Assembly: GCA_026983895.1 (NCBI GenBank)
Contig: JALSTF010000200.1
Location: forward strand, 1 to 40,240
Source of the DNA: Sulfurovum sp.
GTDB lineage: Bacteria; Campylobacterota; Campylobacteria; Campylobacterales; Sulfurovaceae
Length of the DNA stretch: 40,240 bases
Direction of reading: 5' to 3'
Made by a program: the position numbers and the translations under genes. Shown here in pieces: positions 17,764 to 27,094 of this stretch; position 1 is the first letter of the stretch, and every line of letters starts with the position of its first letter. The notes under the pieces were generated by a model. It was not told where the DNA came from and made no database searches. It worked only from the letters and a program-made list of their open reading frames with translations.

Positions 17764-18546
17764 ATGACACTGACAGATGCACAATTTCAGCAGTTTAAAT
17801 CGGAGGGGTTTCTGCTTCTGCCCGGTTTTGCACAACATGAACTTTGTGATACGATCAAAGATATCGCCAAAGCCCATCTCAAGCATAAAGTTCCCCCTAT
17901 TGAAACAGAATTGGAGTATGTAGGGAAGACAAAGGAAGAACGAAAGCTTATTTCTGACGGGAAAGCCCATCTTCTTGAAGGGGAAGTGACGGTCAGAAGA
18001 CTGCGTCAAGTCTATCATCGGGATATCGTATTTAAGCAGTGGATGGAAAATGAAGCGATCCGTCCTGTCCTCAAACAGATATTGGGAGAATCTCCCACTA
18101 TCACGATTGCCCATCATAACTCCATTATGACAAAAATGCCCCATACCTCGACTGAGACAAGATGGCATCAGGATTTCCGCTATTGGAGTTTTGAGAATGA
18201 CAACCTTGTTTCTGTCTGGCTGGCTCTGGATGAGGAATGTAGCGAGAACGGGGTACTGGAGTTTATTCCCGGAAGCCACAAGATGTCTTTTTCCCCTGAT
18301 CAGTTCGATGAAAAAGAGTATTTTCGTGAAGAGATAGAACCCAACCGTACTTTGGCGGAAACACGGACTTCGCATCCTTTGAAAAAAGGGGATGTGGTAC
18401 TTTTCCACTGTAAACTGCTGCACCGCGCAAACAAGAATAATACGGGTGAGCCCAAGATCTCCTTTGTCTATACGGTCAAGGGTCGCAGCAACAAAGCCAT
18501 AGAGGGAACACGCTCGACGGCCTATCCGGAAGTGCCTCTGGATTAG
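17764..18546 (+). CDS. Phytanoyl-CoA dioxygenase (PhyH) family Fe(II)/2OG enzyme
   Basis: WHQD, WLALD, FIPGSH, KKGDVVLFH..LLH facial triad; upstream TATAAT at 17728-17733. Confidence 0.88.
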   Translation: MTLTDAQFQQFKSEGFLLLPGFAQHELCDTIKDIAKAHLKHKVPPIETELEYVGKTKEERKLISDGKAHLLEGEVTVRRLRQVYHRDIVFKQWMENEAIRPVLKQILGESPTITIAHHNSIMTKMPHTSTETRWHQDFRYWSFENDNLVSVWLALDEECSENGVLEFIPGSHKMSFSPDQFDEKEYFREEIEPNRTLAETRTSHPLKKGDVVLFHCKLLHRANKNNTGEPKISFVYTVKGRSNKAIEGTRSTAYPEVPLD

Positions 18547-18580
18547 CAGGGTGTTAATTTTGGTAAAGATCAAAAGAAAG

Positions 18581-18633
18581 TTGACAAAATAATAAATAGT
18601 TGCTATAACTCGTTAATGAATTTAAGATATAAT
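18581..18633 (+). promoter_or_regulatory. Tandem sigma70 promoters for trxA
   Basis: TTGACA (18581)-17-TATAAC (18604) with extended TG; a second gaTATAAT at 18628. Confidence 0.6.
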
Positions 18634-18666
18634 CTTGAAATCAAACCCAAATAAAAGGATTTAAAT

Positions 18667-18984
18667 ATGGCAAAATATGTAGAATTGACAAACGAGAACT
18701 TTGATGCGACAGTCGCTGAAGGTGTAACAATGGTAGACTTCTGGGCTCCATGGTGCGGACCTTGTAGAATGATCGCTCCTGTAGTGGAAGAGTTGGCGGA
18801 AGAGTATGAAGGAAAAGCAACGATCGCAAAGGTGAATACGGATGAGCAGCAGGAACTGGCTGTGAAGTATGGTATCAGATCTATCCCTGCGATCCTTTTC
18901 TTCAAGAACGGTGAAGTCGTAGACCAAATGGTCGGTGCAGCTTCCAAAGATGCATTTGCAGAAAAGATCAACGCACAACTGTAA
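18667..18984 (+). CDS. trxA: Thioredoxin
   Basis: DFWAPWCGPC active site; IRSIP. Confidence 0.97.
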   Translation: MAKYVELTNENFDATVAEGVTMVDFWAPWCGPCRMIAPVVEELAEEYEGKATIAKVNTDEQQELAVKYGIRSIPAILFFKNGEVVDQMVGAASKDAFAEKINAQL

Positions 18985-18995
18985 GCTACACAAAC

Positions 18996-19026
18996 AAGAC
19001 AGGAAGGCTGCTTTCTGTCTTTTCTT
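18996..19026 (+). terminator. Intrinsic terminator after trxA
   Basis: AAGACAGGAAG-GCTG-CTTTCTGTCTT stem followed by a T-rich tract. Confidence 0.7.
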
Positions 19027-19126
19027 CCAAAACACACCCCCTTTTAAAAATTATTAACCAAGTATTTAAAGTGTATAATCTCAAAAACTATTTGATTAAG
19101 AATTTTATCTGCAAAAAGGAATCAGA

Positions 19127-20068
19127 ATGTTAGATTGTGCAATCATCGGCGGAGGTCCTGCGGGACTGACAGCAGGACTCTATGCTACCAGAGGCGGACT
19201 CAAGAATGTCACGATGTTCGAAATGGGAATGCCCGGGGGACAGATCACGCAGAGTTCGGAGATAGAGAACTATCCCGGTTTTTTTGAACATGACAAAACA
19301 GGTATGGATTTTATGAATACCTGGCAGGACCAGTGTTTCCATTTTGGCTTGAAGCATGAGATGAAGAAAGTGGAGCGTGTTGCCAAAACAGATGCATATT
19401 TTACCGTAACACTTGAAGGCGGCGATACCGTTGAAGCCATGACAGTCATCGTGTGCACGGGTTCTACGCCCAAACGTGCAGGTTTCAAAGGGGAAGATGC
19501 ATTTTTTGGAAAAGGTGTAAGTACCTGTGCGACCTGTGATGGTTTTTTCTATAAAGACAAGCCTGTTACCGTACTGGGCGGCGGCGATACCGCACTCGAA
19601 GAAGCATTGTACCTTTCGAATATCTGTTCAGATGTGTATGTCGTGCATAGAAGAGATGCATTCAGGGCCGCACCTCCGACACTTGAAAGGATCAAAAGGA
19701 AAGAGAATATCCATCTGATCACGGATTCGGTCATCGAAGAGGCTATAGGCGATGCGATGGGGCTGACCGGTGTTGATATCAAGAATCTCAAAACCGGAAA
19801 GATCACCCACATGGACAACACAGGACTCTTTGTTTTTGTAGGGCATGATGTCAACAATGCGGTGCTGAAAGAGGAGAACGGGGACTTTATCTGTGAAATG
19901 AATGACTGGGGGCAGGTGATCGTGGACCTCAGTATGAAAACATCAGTTGAGGGACTTTTTGCAGCAGGTGATATGCGTATACAGGCACCCAAGCAGGTTG
20001 TGTCCGCAGCCGGGGACGGAGCTGTTGCCGCATTGCAGGTGATCGGGTATATTCAGGAACAGGCATAA
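19127..20068 (+). CDS. trxB: Thioredoxin-disulfide reductase
   Basis: GGGPAG, CATCDG, GGGDTA, HRRD, FAAGD motifs; upstream TATAAT at 19074. Confidence 0.95.
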   Translation: MLDCAIIGGGPAGLTAGLYATRGGLKNVTMFEMGMPGGQITQSSEIENYPGFFEHDKTGMDFMNTWQDQCFHFGLKHEMKKVERVAKTDAYFTVTLEGGDTVEAMTVIVCTGSTPKRAGFKGEDAFFGKGVSTCATCDGFFYKDKPVTVLGGGDTALEEALYLSNICSDVYVVHRRDAFRAAPPTLERIKRKENIHLITDSVIEEAIGDAMGLTGVDIKNLKTGKITHMDNTGLFVFVGHDVNNAVLKEENGDFICEMNDWGQVIVDLSMKTSVEGLFAAGDMRIQAPKQVVSAAGDGAVAALQVIGYIQEQA

Positions 20069-20075
20069 AGGAGAA

Positions 20076-20846
20076 ATGATGATAAGAACAGGAATTGTCG
20101 GAAGTACGGGAAGAATGGGGGCGCATCTGATCAAGAATGTGCTTGAAGAAGAGGGATTGGAGCTTACAGCACTGCATGTTTTTGATGCGTTGAATGTAGA
20201 GGTTCCCGATGATGTGCTTATTACGAATTCGATGAGCGAAGTACTCAAATCCTGTGATGTCGTGATCGATTTTTCAGCACCTGTAGCGACGCAGGAACTG
20301 TGTGAAGAAGCACTGAAAAACCCCACAGCACTGGTCATCGCTACGACAGGATTTACCGTCCATCAGCAAAATCTGCTCAGTGAAGCTGCCAAAGAGATGC
20401 CGGTACTCTACTCTTCCAATATGTCAGCAGGAATCGCGCTTCTCAAGCAGCTTGTCGAGAAGGTATCTGCTACACTGAAGGATTTCGATATTGAGATCGT
20501 GGAGCAGCACCACAGGTACAAGGTGGACGCACCAAGCGGTACAGCCTTGACGCTGGGTGAGTTCGCAGCCAAAGGACGGGGACTTGATCTGGATGCGGTA
20601 CGTGTCAGCGGAAGAGATGGCCAGGTCGGTGCCAGAAGCAAAGATGAGATCGCAGTCATGGCACTGCGCGGAGGAGATATCGTAGGAAGGCATACGGTCG
20701 GTTTCTATAATGACGGCGAATTCCTTGAGCTTAACCATACGGCGACCAGCAGAGAAACCTTCTCCAAAGGTGCCATAAGAGCGGCCAAATGGCTTGTGGG
20801 ACAGGAAAGCGGTCTCTATTCGATCAATGACTGCTTGGGAATATGA
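20076..20846 (+). CDS. dapB: 4-hydroxy-tetrahydrodipicolinate reductase
   Basis: GSTGRMG, IDFS, TTG, EQHHRYKVDAPSGTA, RGGDIVGRH motifs. Confidence 0.96.
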   Translation: MMIRTGIVGSTGRMGAHLIKNVLEEEGLELTALHVFDALNVEVPDDVLITNSMSEVLKSCDVVIDFSAPVATQELCEEALKNPTALVIATTGFTVHQQNLLSEAAKEMPVLYSSNMSAGIALLKQLVEKVSATLKDFDIEIVEQHHRYKVDAPSGTALTLGEFAAKGRGLDLDAVRVSGRDGQVGARSKDEIAVMALRGGDIVGRHTVGFYNDGEFLELNHTATSRETFSKGAIRAAKWLVGQESGLYSINDCLGI

Positions 20847-20891
20847 AATAATGAAAAATCACTACCCATTTGACGCCAAAGGAGGCATATA

Positions 20892-22262
20892 ATGTGTGCA
20901 ATTGTCGGTGTATTCGGTGCAAAAAAAGCTTCTACGGTAGCTTACTATTCTCTTTTTGCGATGCAGCATCGCGGACAGGAAGCTACAGGTATCTCGACCG
21001 CGGACGGGGAACATATCTTTATCTATAAAAAACGCGGTATGGTAGCGGATGTCTTTTCTCAGGATACCCTTGACAAGATGGCGGGAGGATGTGCGGTAGG
21101 GCATAACCGCTACTCTACAGCCGGCAGCGAGTCTGCGGGTGATTCACAGCCTGTCTTTGCCAAATACAAACTGGGTGAGATATCGGTCGTGCACAATGGC
21201 AACCTTGTCAACAAGCTTGAAGTGAGAAATGAGCTGATTGACAGAGGGGCGATCTTTCAGACCGATATGGATACGGAAAACATTATTCATCTGATCGCAA
21301 AATCCCAAAAAGATGCGCTTGTGGACCGTATCAAAGATATGCTGGGCAGGATCGAAGGGGCATACTGCCTGGCCATACAGAGCCGGTCCAAAATGTTCGT
21401 TATCCGTGACCGGTTCGGTATCCGTCCGCTCAGTCTGGGCAAACTGAAAGACGGAGGCTGGATCGTCGCGTCGGAAACCTGTGCGTTCGACCTGGTAGGC
21501 GCACAGTTCGTACGTGATGTCAGACCGGGGGAAATGTTGATCTTTGAAGAGGGAAAAGAACCGCTCTCAGAGCAGATCTTCGAGCCGGACTATCATCCCT
21601 GTGCCTTTGAATATATCTATTTTGCCAGACCAGACTCGATCATAGACGGCAAAAACGTTTACCAGATGCGATTGGAAATGGGAAGAACGCTGGCGAAAGA
21701 GACCCCGGCGGATATCGACCTGGTCCTTCCGGTACCTGACTCAGGTGTCGCTGCTGCCAAAGGATATGCCGAGGGCCTGGGGGTACCGTTTGAAATGGGC
21801 ATTGTCAGAAACCATTATGTGGGCAGGACATTTATTGAACCGACACAGGAGATACGTGATCTTAAGGTAAAACTGAAACTTTCTCCCATCAAACATTTGA
21901 TACAGGGCAAAAAAGTAGCGATCATCGATGATTCTCTGGTACGGGGTACCACATCCAAGCAGATCGTCAGAATGCTCAAGGAAGCAGGCGCCAAAGAGGT
22001 ACATATGCGTATCGCGGCGCCTGAGATCAAATATCCGTGCCGATACGGTATCGATACGCCTACAAGAGGGGAGCTTGTTTCCACCAAATACACCCCTGAA
22101 GAGATCGCGAAGAATATGGGAGCTGATTCTTTGGGTTTTCTTTCTCTAGAGGGCTTGAAAGAATCCCTTGGAAACGACAGAAACTATTCACTGGTCAGTT
22201 TTGACGGGAATTATTTTGCCGGCGGAAGTGCTGAGAGCCCCGGATGTGCCGGAGGGTGCTGA
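20892..22262 (+). CDS. purF: Amidophosphoribosyltransferase
   Basis: N-terminal MC, QHRGQE, GHNRYST, HNGN, VPDSG, DDSLVRGTT motifs. Confidence 0.97.
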   Translation: MCAIVGVFGAKKASTVAYYSLFAMQHRGQEATGISTADGEHIFIYKKRGMVADVFSQDTLDKMAGGCAVGHNRYSTAGSESAGDSQPVFAKYKLGEISVVHNGNLVNKLEVRNELIDRGAIFQTDMDTENIIHLIAKSQKDALVDRIKDMLGRIEGAYCLAIQSRSKMFVIRDRFGIRPLSLGKLKDGGWIVASETCAFDLVGAQFVRDVRPGEMLIFEEGKEPLSEQIFEPDYHPCAFEYIYFARPDSIIDGKNVYQMRLEMGRTLAKETPADIDLVLPVPDSGVAAAKGYAEGLGVPFEMGIVRNHYVGRTFIEPTQEIRDLKVKLKLSPIKHLIQGKKVAIIDDSLVRGTTSKQIVRMLKEAGAKEVHMRIAAPEIKYPCRYGIDTPTRGELVSTKYTPEEIAKNMGADSLGFLSLEGLKESLGNDRNYSLVSFDGNYFAGGSAESPGCAGGC

Positions 22263-22295
22263 CACAGCATTTTAAACGCTCCTGCACTGTCATAG

Positions 22296-22330
22296 GAGAG
22301 CAGCATCGCCTGCTCTCTATTTTCTTCTTT
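22296..22330 (+). terminator. Hairpin between convergent purF and glycoside hydrolase genes
   Basis: GAGAGCAG-CATCGC-CTGCTCTC followed by a T-rich tract. Confidence 0.55.
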
Positions 22331-23396
22331 TCTCTTTTTTATGCACAAGTTCAAAAAGTTTTTTGTTGACATAGGGGTATCGGCTTGACGGGTTCCAGAG
22401 GAACCAGCCGTCGGTACCGGTATCATTGGCTGCTTTGATCTGCTGTGCGATCTGGTACTCTGTATAATTGATACGGCTGAAGGCATAGTCTCTGAAGGAC
22501 TGAAGCCAGGGACGTATTCTGTTTGGCTTTACGTAGCGCTGTGTTTTGAGGATACTCGTTTTGACGATAGGATAAGGATGTCTGGCCGGATCCCTGTACC
22601 CCAAAGTACCCCTGTGAAATCCGGAAGGGTAGAGCATCGGACAGATATAGTCGCTGTGTTTTGCAAGGCTGGGAACGGTCTGTCCAATGTGTGTGTCGTT
22701 CCTGTTCCATGCGACATAGCCGAAGATATCGACAGAGATAAAGGTACAGTACGGCCTCAGCCGTGCTTCGGCACGGGCCAAGAAATCCTCAATGGCTGCA
22801 ACACGGTTTATTTCGGTGTCTGCTTTTTTGAAGCGCAGGCCTTTTTTGGCGGGGAATCGGATGTAATCAAAATTGATCTCATTAAAACCGGCTTTGGCCG
22901 CCTCTTCCGCGATCGCCAGCGTATACTCCTGGCCTTGCAGCGAATGCGGATCGATCCAGGCCGTATTGTGTTTGTCTCTCCAAACCTGCCCGTTCCTGTT
23001 CTTTACAGCACGACCGGGAAAGTGCCTGGCCTGTCTTGTATCTTTGAAGACAGCGATCCGGGCTATCGTATAGATCCCTTTCTCATGAAGCTTCTTCAGA
23101 TAACGGGGAAGATCCTGGATGGTCGCATGCTTTGAAGCCCCGATCTGTCTGGCTTCGGGAACCTGTGTGTGGTAGGAGATATCCCCTTTGACATTCTTGA
23201 TGTCGACGATGATAGAATTCATCTCGGTTTTGTCTATTTTTTTCAGGATATTTTGGAATGCCTTGCTCTTTGGATTGGCGGTATGGAAGTTGACATAAAA
23301 GGCTTTGACCCTGAAAGGTTTTGGCTCACAGCTGTTCTGTGCAGCATAGAGAGAAGAGAAAAGCAGGACTAGAAAAAGAGTGAGCCTGCTAAGCAT
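22317..23396 (-). CDS. Exported putative glycoside hydrolase (DUF4015-like TIM barrel)
   Basis: Signal peptide; NSIIVDIK, IARIAVFKD, WIDP, GFNEINFDYIRFP, PMLYPS, RPWLQ, LWNP motifs. Confidence 0.8.
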   Translation of the reverse strand: MLSRLTLFLVLLFSSLYAAQNSCEPKPFRVKAFYVNFHTANPKSKAFQNILKKIDKTEMNSIIVDIKNVKGDISYHTQVPEARQIGASKHATIQDLPRYLKKLHEKGIYTIARIAVFKDTRQARHFPGRAVKNRNGQVWRDKHNTAWIDPHSLQGQEYTLAIAEEAAKAGFNEINFDYIRFPAKKGLRFKKADTEINRVAAIEDFLARAEARLRPYCTFISVDIFGYVAWNRNDTHIGQTVPSLAKHSDYICPMLYPSGFHRGTLGYRDPARHPYPIVKTSILKTQRYVKPNRIRPWLQSFRDYAFSRINYTEYQIAQQIKAANDTGTDGWFLWNPSSRYPYVNKKLFELVHKKEKRRK

Positions 23397-24069
23397 CCTG
23401 TTTTTTCTTTCGGCTCTCTTTCTCTTCTATGCCTGACATCCCGAAACGTCTTGCCAGTTCCTGCTTTACCCTATCGGGAGAGATCTCCCTGTAGCCCAGG
23501 CCTACCAGGGTATGATAAAGGAGGTCGGCAGCTTCGTAGATGACCTGGGCATCGCTCTCTTTATCTATGGCGACACAGACTTCGTCCGCCTCTTCGCGGA
23601 TCTTGCTGAGCATCAATGTTTTGTCGTCAAGCAGTTTCTTCGTCCATGACTTTTGTTCTGCCGGAGCATTTTTTCGTTCAAGAATGGTATGGTAGAGAGT
23701 ATCGACCACGCCGTAGATGGCGTCAGTATCCACTTCTTTGTCTAAGATCACTTTCTCCTGCATCACAGAGGTGAAGAAGCAGCTTTTTCTGCCTGTGTGG
23801 CACGCCACACCGTTCTGTTTGATCTTGAGTACGACAGTGTCTGCATCACAGTCAAGCAGTACATCTTTTACTTCCTGCGTATGCCCGGAGCTCTCTCCTT
23901 TTTTCCAAATACGCTGTTTGGAACGGCTGAAGTAGTGGGCATAGCCTGTGGAGAGGGTAAGGTTGTACGCTTCTTCATTCATATAGGCAAGCATCAGTAC
24001 GTCATTGGTCTGTGCATCCTGTGCAATAGCGGGGATGAGGGGGTTTTTCTTCCAGTCGATGGTCATCAT
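23389..24069 (-). CDS. hisIE: Bifunctional phosphoribosyl-AMP cyclohydrolase/phosphoribosyl-ATP diphosphatase
   Basis: FSRSKQRIWKKGESSGH, DCDAD, ACHTG..SCF, KIREEADE, ADLLYH motifs; real start at MMTIDW (24069 or 24066). Confidence 0.96.
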   Translation of the reverse strand: MMTIDWKKNPLIPAIAQDAQTNDVLMLAYMNEEAYNLTLSTGYAHYFSRSKQRIWKKGESSGHTQEVKDVLLDCDADTVVLKIKQNGVACHTGRKSCFFTSVMQEKVILDKEVDTDAIYGVVDTLYHTILERKNAPAEQKSWTKKLLDDKTLMLSKIREEADEVCVAIDKESDAQVIYEAADLLYHTLVGLGYREISPDRVKQELARRFGMSGIEEKESRKKKQDA

Positions 24070-24090
24070 GATAATTTCTCCGAAATTATC

Positions 24091-24187
24091 AGCGTTGAGC
24101 GTTGAGCGTTGAGCGTTGAGAGAAATAGAAGCTTTTCGCAAGAAAAGCTTCTATCAACTCCTCACTCCTCACTCCTCACTCCTCACT
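24091..24187. repeat. Composite element: (AGCGTTG)x4, 13-bp hairpin, (ACTCCTC)x4
   Basis: Read directly: array 24091-24120; ATAGAAGCTTTTC-GCAA-GAAAAGCTTCTAT at 24125-24154; array 24157-24187. Confidence 0.95.
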
Positions 24188-24191
24188 GATC

Positions 24192-25289
24192 TTATTGTTG
24201 TGCCGAAATGGTCTTCTGCTCTTTGCCTTTGGCATCTACCCAGATGTTGGGTACCGCACCGCCGGGTGTCAGGAAGATCTGTGCATCTTTGTTGACTTTC
24301 AGCGCTTCGTTGAATTTGCCCTGTGTCTTGATCTGCTCAAGTGTCAGCAGGTCTGTGGTCAGTGAGTCGGCTATGATCTTGTTGGCTTTTGACTGTGCCT
24401 GTGCTTCAATACGTATCTTGTCGGCTTCACCCTGTGCCTCTATACGGTTACGCTCAGCTTCCCCTTTTGCGATCTCAGCTTTTTGCTGTGCTTCCTGCTT
24501 GGCTTTTTCTTTTTTCTGTTCTGCGATCGTTACTTCCTGTTTGGCGATCTGTACACGTTCGATCTGTTCTTTGATCTTCTTAGGCAGGTTGATGGTACGC
24601 AGCTCTACGGAAGTAAGGATAACCGGTTTCTCCGGCAGGTCCTGTACGCTCTGTTTGATCTTTGTTTCAATGGCCGCAGCAATCTCGTTACGCATTTCCG
24701 GGAGCTGCTCTGCCGTGTACTGTCCTACGACATCGCGGACCACTTCGCGTACTTTGGAGTTGATGATCTTCTCTTCCCAGCTTGTACCCCATTTCTCTAT
24801 GGTCTTGGGTGCATTCTCGGCACGCAGACGGTACTGCACGGCAAGGTCTATATTGACTGTCAGGCCGCGCCGGTCAAGTACGGTGATGGCAGGATTGCGC
24901 CTGAGGCCGCCTTCATAGTTCTTATAACCGTCTCCCAGGGCGCCTGTTGAGACATCAGAGTAGGTGATGAGCCGGATACGGGTATTGACCGGAACGATCT
25001 TCTGGAGTATGGGGATGAAGAAATGCAGTCCCGGTTCTAGCGGTTTGTCCTCGAATTTACCGGTATTGATCTTGATACCGACTTCGCCGGAATTGATGAT
25101 TGTGAACGGTTTGAGTATAAAAAGTCCGAAAACGATCGCGAGGATGAGGAAAATGAGCGAAGCACTTTTCCCTCCCATATTTCCCATAGGGTTATTGAAA
25201 CTTTGATTCCCGTTATTGTTTCCGCCGGATGGGTTGGTGTTGCTGCTGGGTTTCTTTTTTTTAAAATAGTCGTTCATGTCTGCTGGCAT
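24192..25289 (-). CDS. SPFH/prohibitin family membrane protein
   Basis: One TM helix, PGLHFFIP, band-7 domain, AE/AQ-rich coiled coil; start MPADMNDYF after an AAGGA RBS. Confidence 0.92.
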   Translation of the reverse strand: MPADMNDYFKKKKPSSNTNPSGGNNNGNQSFNNPMGNMGGKSASLIFLILAIVFGLFILKPFTIINSGEVGIKINTGKFEDKPLEPGLHFFIPILQKIVPVNTRIRLITYSDVSTGALGDGYKNYEGGLRRNPAITVLDRRGLTVNIDLAVQYRLRAENAPKTIEKWGTSWEEKIINSKVREVVRDVVGQYTAEQLPEMRNEIAAAIETKIKQSVQDLPEKPVILTSVELRTINLPKKIKEQIERVQIAKQEVTIAEQKKEKAKQEAQQKAEIAKGEAERNRIEAQGEADKIRIEAQAQSKANKIIADSLTTDLLTLEQIKTQGKFNEALKVNKDAQIFLTPGGAVPNIWVDAKGKEQKTISAQQ

Positions 25290-25366
25290 CTGTTTCCTTG
25301 AATAAATGTATTTTTTGATTTGGGGTGCTCTCAAGCCTTATGCCTGAAAGCGATGATGAAGCATAT

Positions 25367-26281
25367 TTAAATATACGTAAGATAATGTTTATATTTTTCA
25401 TTTCTGCCGAACACTACATCAAAATAGGCACTTTGAAGCTGTTGTGTCATCGGTCCTCTTTTGCCGTTTCCTATCACTCTGTGATCGAGTGAATTGATGG
25501 GTGTGACTTCGGCTGCCGTACCGGTAAAGAATGCCTCATCGCAGATATAGATCTCATCTCTGGTGATATTCCTTCTTTCTATCGGGATCCCTGCATCCTC
25601 TGCCAATTGCAAAACGGTATCCTGGGTGATCGATTCGAGCGAATTGTCATTTGGCGGAGAGACCAGAACACCGTCTCTTACGATAAAGAGGCATTCTCCG
25701 GTACCTTCTGCTGCAAAACCATTCTCGTCCAGCATTAATGCTTCTTCAAAACCATTTTCGATCGCTTCATATTTTGCCATTTGGCTGTTTAGGTAATTCG
25801 CGGCTGCTTTGGCTTTGCCGAAAGTAGAACGATTGGGATTGCGTGTGATGGAGGATGTGCAGACCTTTATGCCCTTCTCAAGGCCTTCATCTCCAAGATA
25901 AGCTCCCCATTCCCAGGCAGCTACAGCTGTTCTGACAGGCGCTTTCACATGATGCACTCCCATCTGTCCGTATCCCAGAAAAATAAGGGGCCTCATATAC
26001 ACATTGTTGGTAAATCCGTTACTCCTGAGCAGATCGATATGTGCCTGTTTGACGGTCTCATAATCCATATTGGGTTTAATGGCAACGATTTTGGCAGAAT
26101 TGTAGAGCCTTTTGCAATGGTCTTCCAGTCTGAAAATGGCCAACCCGTCCTCTGTATGGTAGGCTCTTGTGCCTTCAAAAACGGCATTGCCGTAATGTAC
26201 GGTATGTGTCAGTATGTGGACTTTCGCATCTTTCCAGTCTATGAGCTCTCCATCCATCCAGATATATTTAGCTTCGTTCAT
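25367..26281 (-). CDS. ilvE: Branched-chain amino acid aminotransferase
   Basis: HYGNAVFEG, KAAANYLNS, EGTGE, LESIT, FFTGTAAEVTP motifs. Confidence 0.96.
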   Translation of the reverse strand: MNEAKYIWMDGELIDWKDAKVHILTHTVHYGNAVFEGTRAYHTEDGLAIFRLEDHCKRLYNSAKIVAIKPNMDYETVKQAHIDLLRSNGFTNNVYMRPLIFLGYGQMGVHHVKAPVRTAVAAWEWGAYLGDEGLEKGIKVCTSSITRNPNRSTFGKAKAAANYLNSQMAKYEAIENGFEEALMLDENGFAAEGTGECLFIVRDGVLVSPPNDNSLESITQDTVLQLAEDAGIPIERRNITRDEIYICDEAFFTGTAAEVTPINSLDHRVIGNGKRGPMTQQLQSAYFDVVFGRNEKYKHYLTYI

Positions 26282-26386
26282 CTCTATGTCTCCCTGCATT
26301 GTTGTGTTGTATAGCATTTGGCCTGGTTGAATAGGCCATTGTTGAAATTAATGGATTATTTTATCTTAAATGTTGTTAATCGTCGG

Positions 26387-26575
26387 TTATGCAAAACGCA
26401 GGAAGATACCCACAAGAAGCGAAAGGAGAATGGTAACGATGATCTGAAGCGGATTATGCCATTTCTCGGAAGTGATATGCCTGGATTCAAGCCATTCGAC
26501 GATCTTCATTGCGGGGAACGCCATGAAGACAAGCATGACAATGGAAAACACAAGGGTAAGGACAATGTTCAGCAT
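26387..26575 (-). CDS. Small two-TM hypothetical protein
   Basis: 62 aa with two hydrophobic helices; starts 2 nt after the upstream gene's stop. Confidence 0.7.
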   Translation of the reverse strand: MLNIVLTLVFSIVMLVFMAFPAMKIVEWLESRHITSEKWHNPLQIIVTILLSLLVGIFLRFA

Positions 26576-26577
26576 GC

Positions 26578-26964
26578 TTATATCCCGTAATACCGGTGTA
26601 CGAAATCGGTTTCATCTTTGCTATGCAGCGGCAGGGTATGGACTGTCGTACCGTTGTTGTCCATGATGACCAAGGTGCTTTTTTCGAGTTTCAAATGTTT
26701 TTTCCCCCACGCTTTCTCAAGACGTTCAAATTCTTTGAAAAGGGTCATATTGTCCGGTTTCTCTTTGAACTCCGGATCTTCTTTATTGATGATCTCAAGG
26801 CCGCCGAAACGTTTTTCCAGCGTGTAGGGGCTGAACTGTTTGACCGTTTTGTAGACCCTTGCATTCTTGGGACTTGGTTTGCTTTGCAAAAAAGCACTGA
26901 TCCCTATCAGCAAAAAAGCCAGAAAGAAAGCAGGAAGAAGATACTTTTTGAACTTTGACATCAT
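26578..26964 (-). CDS. Membrane-anchored hypothetical protein
   Basis: GGAG RBS; N-terminal TM or signal segment followed by a soluble domain. Confidence 0.75.
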   Translation of the reverse strand: MMSKFKKYLLPAFFLAFLLIGISAFLQSKPSPKNARVYKTVKQFSPYTLEKRFGGLEIINKEDPEFKEKPDNMTLFKEFERLEKAWGKKHLKLEKSTLVIMDNNGTTVHTLPLHSKDETDFVHRYYGI

Positions 26965-27021
26965 ATGGTCTCCATAATTGATCTGATGATGACAGTATAG
27001 GCATATTCACTTGAAAAGCGA

Positions 27022-27035
27022 TTGATAAACATCAA
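27022..27035. promoter_or_regulatory. Perfect Crp/Fnr-family box TTGAT-AAAC-ATCAA between divergent promoters
   Basis: Exact consensus; 23 nt to the TATGAT of TGgTATGAT (+ strand, 27059) and 22 nt to TATACT (- strand, 26999). Confidence 0.8.
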
Positions 27036-27094
27036 TCTGCAGATGAGAAAAAGTGTGGTATGATTTCCTAAATTTATTGGAATGGATAATTGAA

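Noticed and set aside
24070-24141. N-terminal extension of HisIE (MRKASISLNAQRSTLNA...)
   Set aside because: It is a translation of the heptamer array and hairpin; the RBS and the HisI-like sequence begin at 24069.
24091-24187. Possible CRISPR array
   Set aside because: 7-bp tandem units with no spacers and no cas genes.
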